Assembly: GCA_051362555.1 (NCBI GenBank)
Contig: CM120646.1
Location: forward strand, 7,316,001 to 7,380,000
Origin: Lingula anatina
Taxonomy: Eukaryota; Animalia; Brachiopoda
Reading direction: 5' to 3'
DNA length: 64,000 bases
The position numbers and the translations under genes are program-made. Positions 56,190 through 64,000 of this stretch are shown here, in pieces. Under the pieces are notes generated by a model. It made no database searches. It was not told the origin of the DNA and saw nothing but the letters and a program-made list of their open reading frames with translations. Each line of letters starts with the position of its first letter. The stretch's first letter is position 1.

Positions 56190-58700
56190 ATGAACCAGCG
56201 TTTTTTTATTCAGCCTCGAAAAGAATTTTTCACAAACTTTTGCCAATTGTGCAACCAAATCAAAAAAGTATGTGGAGTAATGGCGTTCCACATGCGGTGC
56301 AAAGTTAATATAAGTTAATAATTGCTTGCAGGGTTATCCATTAGTAATCCATTTCCAAGGGTATGACACACATTCTCAATGAGGTTCTGATCTAGGGATT
56401 GAGCTGGCCAGGGGAGATGGAGGTGTCTGGATCTGTTTTGCAAATAATCACTTGTTGCATTATCATTCAGGAACATACCTGGATAGGCATTGTCCACAGA
56501 GGTACAGACCCACCAGAAAGTCCCCTTACTTACTCTGCGGGTCGCTGCGGGTTGTTCATACGGCCTGGCGCAGTAACCATGGAAATAACCTTGTCATCCA
56601 TGCTCTGTTTGGGCCTGTTAACAATAGTACCATGTCCTGCCCCGTCGGATAATTATCGTGTTTTACTTTCTGCTAACAAAAGAGCCTAACCCTAGCTCGC
56701 TGAAATAAAGATCGAAGCTGAGCGTGGTCGCAATAAAGTGTTCGTCTAAGCGTTAATTGACCTTTGATGCGCGGTGGTTTCACTGTACTCTGATACGGTG
56801 ATTTTAAGTATTAGAATTTGCCAACAATGATTTTTATAAGGTAACTTTACCAAAAAGATGCGGTAATGAAAGCAACTTTCGTGTACATTTTAGCTATGAA
56901 TTGATTGAATTCACATATAAATGAATTTATGAAAGATCAAATAAAACACTACTGATACTTGTACATGTAATATATATTAGGCTTCAAACCGTTATTGCTA
57001 TATACTTACTATAAAACGATTGAACTTTATCTTTATAGTAGGTCCTGTTATTTTTATTTGCTTTGTTCATGAATGGAATGCATTTTTCCAAGAAGACTTG
57101 TCAGTTGTTTGAGTAATAACCATTTGTAGGCCATATCTTTAATATATTTCAGTCTATATTTGCAAACAGGACCTCTCCGATCTACACCCCTAACATTTCT
57201 GTCCCTTTGAATTTGTTCATCAACAGTAAACAATCTTCCCATTAACTGCACGCAAAGGTTGTCTGGGGAACTGGACCGTTGTCGAATATCAAAAATTTCT
57301 TTATTTGACAAGGCGAAGTGTGGCCGGCCGAAAGACTGACTCCTTGGTTATGCAGCACACAAAGTAGGAAGAATTATAATTAAACACGCCTAAAATATTA
57401 TCTAAAAAATTAGCCTTAATTTTGATACAAATGTTTCTATCTCGTTGTTTGATATTAACTCTGCACCTCTGTAATTCAAAACGATAAAAAATAGTTAATG
57501 TTTACGACCTAAACTCCAAACTTAACAAAAAGCCTTCTTCATACTTAAAATCATCAAAGAAAATTAATTTAAAAAGCTGGATTACAATCTCTCGGGTTAA
57601 CTTCACTGTTTGGCACGTGTCATCTCACATTAATTTTAAAACAATGTTAAAACAATCAGTTCAGGTTAGCTTTATTCTTGCCGGGTAAACACTGTGATTA
57701 AGCTCTGACTATTATATAATCACTACTCTGTGACTGTCGCTCTTCAATCCACAGAATTACCAAAAATTCCTTCTCAGTACCTGGATGCATTGTTCTGCTT
57801 TAGGTGCCCATTGGGAAGACATTTCTTACAACCTGTTCCCCAAACCCGTGCGCGTCCATCACTTCTGACAAGGTTGAACCTGCTTTCATCTTAGAACAGT
57901 ACCATTGCCCAGATGTTTCCTGGTGCCAACGCCAGAGTTCTGTTGTACATGTACGATCTGAATGGACGTGATCGGTGTCTGGCGGTGATCACAATTCTCC
58001 TAACAACAAGGCGGTGATCACTATTCTCCTAACAACAACCCTGCCAAAATTACTGCAATTGTGCAGTTGTCTTCTGACGGTTAACTCAGAAACATAATTT
58101 GCCCTATTCGTGATTTAAATCTTGTAAGTATTCAGCGTACTTTATATCATAAAACGTTTTTAAGAGGAGGTGTGTTAACGTTCATTCTTCCCTATGTGTG
58201 GTTTCCTTCGGTCGGCCTTACCCAGGCAATCCTGGCCATGTGCCTGTTTGGTTATGACATTGTCTAACCCTCTGAAAGCTTCTCATGGAACAACCCAACC
58301 TTCTGGCAATCAGCGGTTAAAATTCCCTTCTATATACCCTGAACTGTTTTTCGCCCAGTGTGCAAAGGTCTGATTTTGGGAAAGAAGTGTTTTAATTGCC
58401 TTTCTAACATATCACATACAAACCACTATATTCGCGCTGTACAGTATCTTTTACAACAACCTTCGTATCACAGAAAGATATACAAGATTGGCAAGTCATA
58501 ATTAATACATTACACATTATGCAGATTAAAGTATTTATCCTGTTAACTATTAATAAACAAGCTTTATTAATAATTATTAAGTGGCCTTAAGACACTTGAT
58601 GGGTTTGATCGCGATATTAAACATTGCACTTACATCGCCAAAGAGAATACAATCAAAACAGTATTCCAAGAGAGAAGATATCCGCCAACGCAACTCAGCA
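56190..58700 (-). mobile_element. Degenerate Tc1 element split by a ~1.25-kb insertion
   Basis: On the minus strand: N-terminal IARRLGCS...GRPKETT (58200-58370), VLF*DESRFNL..SDGRARVW (57830-57900), and C-terminal WPAQSLDQNLIENV (56315-56497). Confidence 0.7.
57054..57311 (-). pseudogene. BEN-domain-like fragment
   Basis: SSSPDNLCVQLMGRLFTVDE...RNVRG...LKYIKDM resembles the BEN pattern (LL..LFT.EE...N..G...L..I). No complete ORF or splice context is visible. Confidence 0.45.
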
Positions 58701-59497
58701 TCTATTATTTATCAATTAGTTTATTATTTATATAATTAACTCGATATTTATTAATATAAATTTTTCATTCAACTTCTAAAAGGATTTTTCACAAATTTTT
58801 GCTGATTGTGCAACCAACAAATAAGATAACGATAGTAAACTTAATCAAATGCATATTTTAGAATTTTGTACAGTATGCTCTGGATTGAGGGATGTACTTG
58901 ACGCGTCTGTGCGCGGAGTCAAAATGTTTGGTAACGTTTGTGGAGTAGTATCGTTCCACCTACGGTGCAAAGGTAGTATGAGGTCATTTTTGTTTCCAGG
59001 GTTATCAATTAGTAATCCTATTCCGAAGATATCCCACACATTGTCATTGAGTTTCTGATCTAGTGATTGAGCTGACCTTGGGAGAGGGGGGGGGGGGGGG
59101 GGGGGGCTGGATCTGGTTTGCAAATGGCCACCTGTTCCATTGGCTTTACATTATGAAACCTAACTGGATAGGCATTGTCCACAGAGGTATTCTCGACAGA
59201 ATTCTTTAAAATTCCTTTCCAGTGCTAGGATGCATTGCTATGCGTTAAGGTATCCATTGACCAATACCAGCTCGCCCACACCAAAGTAACCAATACAACC
59301 CATGCTATGAATTATGCGGGGTGCGCCCCATCGTCCAGAGGTGGAAAATTGGAAAGATACTTCTTACCAGCTGTTTCCCAAACCCTTACGCGTCCATCAT
59401 TTCTGACAAGGTTAAACCTGCTTTCATCTTAGAACAGTATCATTGCCCAGTTGTTTGCCAGAGTTCTAGATGCTATACGATCTGACTGGACGTGGTC

Positions 59498-59544
<47 letters not shown>

Positions 59545-62346
59545 AGGCGTGTTTACTTTGTTCTCTAGGTTTTATTTCGCTCGATCAGCCTTACCCAGGC
59601 AATCCTGCCCATGTACCTGTTTGGCTATGACATTGTCTAATCCTCTGAAAGTTTCTCATGGAACAACCCAACTTTTAATTGGCGGGCAAAAATACCCTTC
59701 TGTAATACCTTTAATTGTTTTTGGCTTAGTTAGCAAGGGTCTGATTTCTTACATACGACATATAACCTACAGCATTCGCGATGTACAGTATCTTTTAACA
59801 ACAACCTTCGTATCAAAGAAAGATATACAAGATTGGCAAGTCATAATTAATACATTACACATTATGCAGATTAAAGTTTATCTCCTGTTAACTATTAATA
59901 AACAAGCTTTAAAGTGGTCTTAAGACACTTGTCGGGTTTGATCGCAAATATAAACCTTCCACTTACAGCGCCAGTGTATTTATTATTATAAAATTTCCAT
60001 TCAACTTCTAAAAGGATTTTTTTCACAAAATTTTGCTGATTGTGCAACCAACAAATAGGATAATGATAGTAAAATAAATCAAATTCACATTTTAGAATTT
60101 TGTACAGTATACTCTGGATTGGAGAATGTACTTGACGCGCTGGTGCGTGGAGTTTAAAAGTTTTGTAACGTTTGCAGAGATGTTGCGTTCTACATATGGT
60201 GCAAAGGTAGTGTGAGATAATTTTTGTTTGTTAACGTTCTTTCTTCCCTATGTGTGGTTTCCTTCGGTCGGCCTTACCCAGTCAATCGTGCCCATGTACC
60301 TGTTTGGTTATGAAATTGTCAAACCCTGTGAAAGATTCTCATGGAATAAACCAACCTTCTGGCATCTGGCGGGTACAAATTCCCCTCTATAATACCTTTT
60401 ATTGTTTTTGGCTTAGTGAGCAAGGGTCTGATTTCTTACATATGACATATAACCTACAGCATTCGCGATGTACAGTATCTTTTAACAACAACCGCCGTAT
60501 CCCAGAAAGATATACAAGATTGGCAAGTCATTATTAATACATTACACATTATGCAGATTAAAGTATATCTCCTGTTAACTATAAATAAACAAGCTTTAAA
60601 GTGGCCTTAAGACACTTGTCGGGTTTGATCGCAAATATAAACCTTCCACTTACAGCGCCAAAGCGAATACATTAAAAAAACTGGGAACATCATTCCAAGA
60701 GTGAAGACATCCGTCAACGCAACTCAGTGCTTATAAGCATCTATCATTTATCTATTAGTTTATTGATTAATTTATCAACTCAATATTTATGATTCAACTT
60801 CTAATAGGATTTTGTTTACAAAATTGTGCTGATTGTGTAACCAACAAACAAGATAATGGTAGTAAAATAAATCAAGTCCACATTTAGAATTTTTTACGGT
60901 ATACTCTGGATTGGAGGATGTATACTTGACGCGACGGCAAGTGGAGTCAAAAAGTTTTGTAACGTTTGCGGAGTAGTTGCGTATCAAAAAATGGTGCAAA
61001 GGTAGTGTGAGATAATTTTTGTTTGTTAACGTTCTTTCTTCCCAATGTGTGGTTTCCTTCGGTCGGCCTTACCCAAGCAATCCTGGCCATGTACCTGTTT
61101 GGTTATGATATTATTTTACCCTCTGAAAGCTTCTAATGGAACAACCCAACCTTCTGGCAATCAGCGGTTAAAATTCCCTTCTATATACCCTGAACTGTTT
61201 TTCGCCCAGTGTGCAAAGGTCTGATTTTGGGAAAGAAGTGTTTTAATTGCCTTTCTAACATATCACATACAAACCACTATATTCGCGCTGTACAGTATCT
61301 TTTACAACAACCTTCGTATCACAGAAAGATATACAAGATTGGCAAGTCATAATTAATACATTACACATTATGCAGATTAAAGTATTTCTCCTGTTAACTA
61401 TTAATAAACAAGCTTTATTAATAATTATTAAGTGGCCTTAAGACACTTGATGGGTTTGATCGCGATATTAAACATTGCACTTACATCGCCAAAGAGAATA
61501 CAATCAAAACAGTATTCCAAGAGAGAAGATATCCGCCAACGCAACTCAGCATCTATTATTTATCAATTAGTTTATTATTTATATAATTAACTCGATATTT
61601 ATTAATATAAATTTTTCATTCGACTTCTAAAAGGATTTTTCACAAAATTTTGCTGATTGTGCAACCAACAAATAAGATAACGATAGTAAACTTAATCAAA
61701 TGCATATTTTAGAATTTTGTACAGTATGCTCTGGATTGAGGGATGTACTTGCGTCTGTGCACGGAGTCAAAATGTTTGGTAACGTTTGTGGAGTAGTGTC
61801 GTTCCATCTACGGTGCAAAGGTAGTATGAGGTCATTTTTGTTTCCAGGGTTATCAATTAGTAATGCTATTCCGAAGATATCCCACACATTGTCATTGAGT
61901 TTCTGATCTAGTGATTGAGCTGACCTTGGGAGAGGGGGGGGGGGGGGGGGGGGGGCTGGATCTGGTTTGCAAATGGCCACCTGTTCCATTGGCTTTACAT
62001 TATGAAACCTAACTGGATAGGCATTGTCCACAGAGGTATTCTCGACAGAATTCTTTAAAATTCCTTTCCAGTGCTAGGATGCATTGCTATGCGTTAAGGT
62101 ATCCATTGACCAATACCAGCTCGCCCACACCAAAGTAACCAATACAACCCATGCTATGAATTATGCGGGGTGCGTCCCATCGTCCAGAGGTGGAAAATTG
62201 GAAAGATACTTCTTACCAGCTGTTTCCCAAACCCTTACGCGTCCATCATTTCTGACAAGGTTAAACCTGCTTTCATCTTAGAACAGTATCATTGCCCAGT
62301 TGTTTGCCAGAGTTCTAGATGCTATACGATCTGACTGGACGTGGTC

Positions 62347-62403
<57 letters not shown>

Positions 62404-64000
62404 AGGCGTGTTTACTTTGTTCTCTAGGTTTTATTTCGCTCGATCGGCCTTACCCAGGCAATCCTGCCCATGTACCTGTTTGGCTATGACATTGTCTAAT
62501 CCTCTGAAAGTTTCTCATGGAACAACCCAACTTTTATTTGGCGGGCAAAAATTCCCTTCTGTAATACCTTTAATTGTTTTTGGCTTAGTTAGCAAGGGTC
62601 TGATTTCTTACATATGACATATAACCTACAGCATTCGCGATGTACAGTATCTTTTAACAACAACCGCCGTATCACAGAAAGGTATACAAGATTGGCATGT
62701 CATAATTAATACATTACACATTATGCAGATTAAAGTATATCTCCTGTTAACTATTAATAAACAAGCTTTAAAGTGGCCTTTAGACACTTGTCGGGTTTGA
62801 TCGCAAATATAAACCTTCCACTTACAGCGCCAGTGTATTTATTATTATAAAATTTCCATTCAACTTCTAAAAGGATTTTTTTCACAAAATTTTGCTGATT
62901 GTGCAACCAACAAATAGGATAATGATAGTAAAATAAATCAAATTCACATTTTAGAATTTTGTACAGTATACTCTGGATTGGAGAATGTACTTGACGCGCC
63001 GGTGCGTGGAGTTTAAAAGTTTTGTAACGTTTGCAGAGATGTTGCGTTCTACATATGGTGCAAAGGTAGTGTGAGATAATTTTTGTTTGTTAACGTTCTT
63101 TCATCCCTATGTGTGGTTTCCTTCGGTCGGCCTTACCCAGTCAATCGTGCCCATGTACCTGTTTGGTTATAACATTGTCTAACCCTGTGAAAGATTCTCA
63201 TGGAATAAACCAACCTTCTGGCATCTGGCGGGTACAAATTCCCCTCTATAATACCTTTTATTGTTTTTGGCTTAGTGAGCAAGGGTCTGATTTCTTACAT
63301 ATGACATATAACCTACAGCATTCGCGATTTACAGTATCTTTTAACAACAACCGCCGTATCCCAGAAAGATATACAAGATTGGCAAGTCATTATTAATACA
63401 TTACACATTATGCAGATTAAAGTATTTCTCCTGTTAACTATTAATAAACAAGCTTTATTAATAATTATTAAGTGGCCTTAAGACACTTGTCGGGTTTGAT
63501 CGCAAATATAAACCTTCCACTTACAGCGCCAAAGCGAATACATTAAAAAAACTGGGAACATCATTCCAAGAGTGAAGACACCCGTCAACGCAACTCAGTG
63601 CTTATAAGCATCTATCATTTATCTATTAGTTTATTGATTAATTTATCAACTCAATATTTATTATTCAACTTCTAATAGGATTTTGTTTACAAAATTGTGC
63701 TGATTGTGCAACCAACAAACAAGATAATGGTAGTAAAATAAATCAAGTCCACATTTAGAATTTTTTACGGTATACTCTGGATTGGAGGATGTATACTTGA
63801 CGCGACGGCGAGTGGAGTCAAAAAGTTTTGTAACGTTTGCGGAGTAGTTGCGTATCAAAAAATGGTGCAAAGGAAGTGTGAGATCATTTTTGTTTGTTAA
63901 CGTTCTTTCTTCCCAATGTGTGGTTTCCTTCGGTCGGCCTTACCCAAGCAATCCTGGCCATGTACCTGTTTGGTTATGATATTATCTTACCCTCTGAAAG
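58150..64000. repeat. Tc1-derived tandem array with ~2.85-kb three-monomer higher-order repeat, continuing beyond the window
   Basis: The monomer marker TTCCTTCGGTCGGCCTTACCC (or a variant) occurs at ~58200, 59575, 60260, 61055, 62435, 63118 and 63925. Blocks 58195-61044 and 61045-63915 are nearly identical. Confidence 0.9.

Noticed and set aside
59235-63870. Duplicated 60-124 aa ORFs in the terminal array as a gene family
   Set aside because: They are chance frames, or antisense frames, of decayed Tc1 monomers repeated by the higher-order duplication.

Overview
AT-rich, intron-containing animal genomic DNA; a lophotrochozoan/mollusc-like invertebrate is inferred from the gene structure and TE families. 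From left to right the window holds: (1) the 3' part of a decayed DD34E Tc1 transposon; (2) three tandem ~8-10 kb duplication units, each with a minus-strand gene for a small secreted protein (signal peptide, short Cys-rich FOLN-like modules, C-terminal Kunitz domain), whose reactive loops are far more diverged than their introns; (3) a complete 17-exon CFAP91/MAATS1 gene (+) with an RFX X-box in its promoter; (4) a convergent PKNOX/Prep TALE homeobox gene (-) with 9 coding exons; (5) a Tc1-derived higher-order tandem repeat that runs off the right edge. The intergenic and intronic space is full of nested mobile elements. The most striking is a 323-bp LTR retroelement (TRIM) whose two 132-bp LTRs each carry a tRNA-like Pol III unit, with a tRNA-Leu PBS, a PPT and a 4-bp TSD. 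All gene models were assembled by eye from GT-AG sites and frame continuity; no database search was run.
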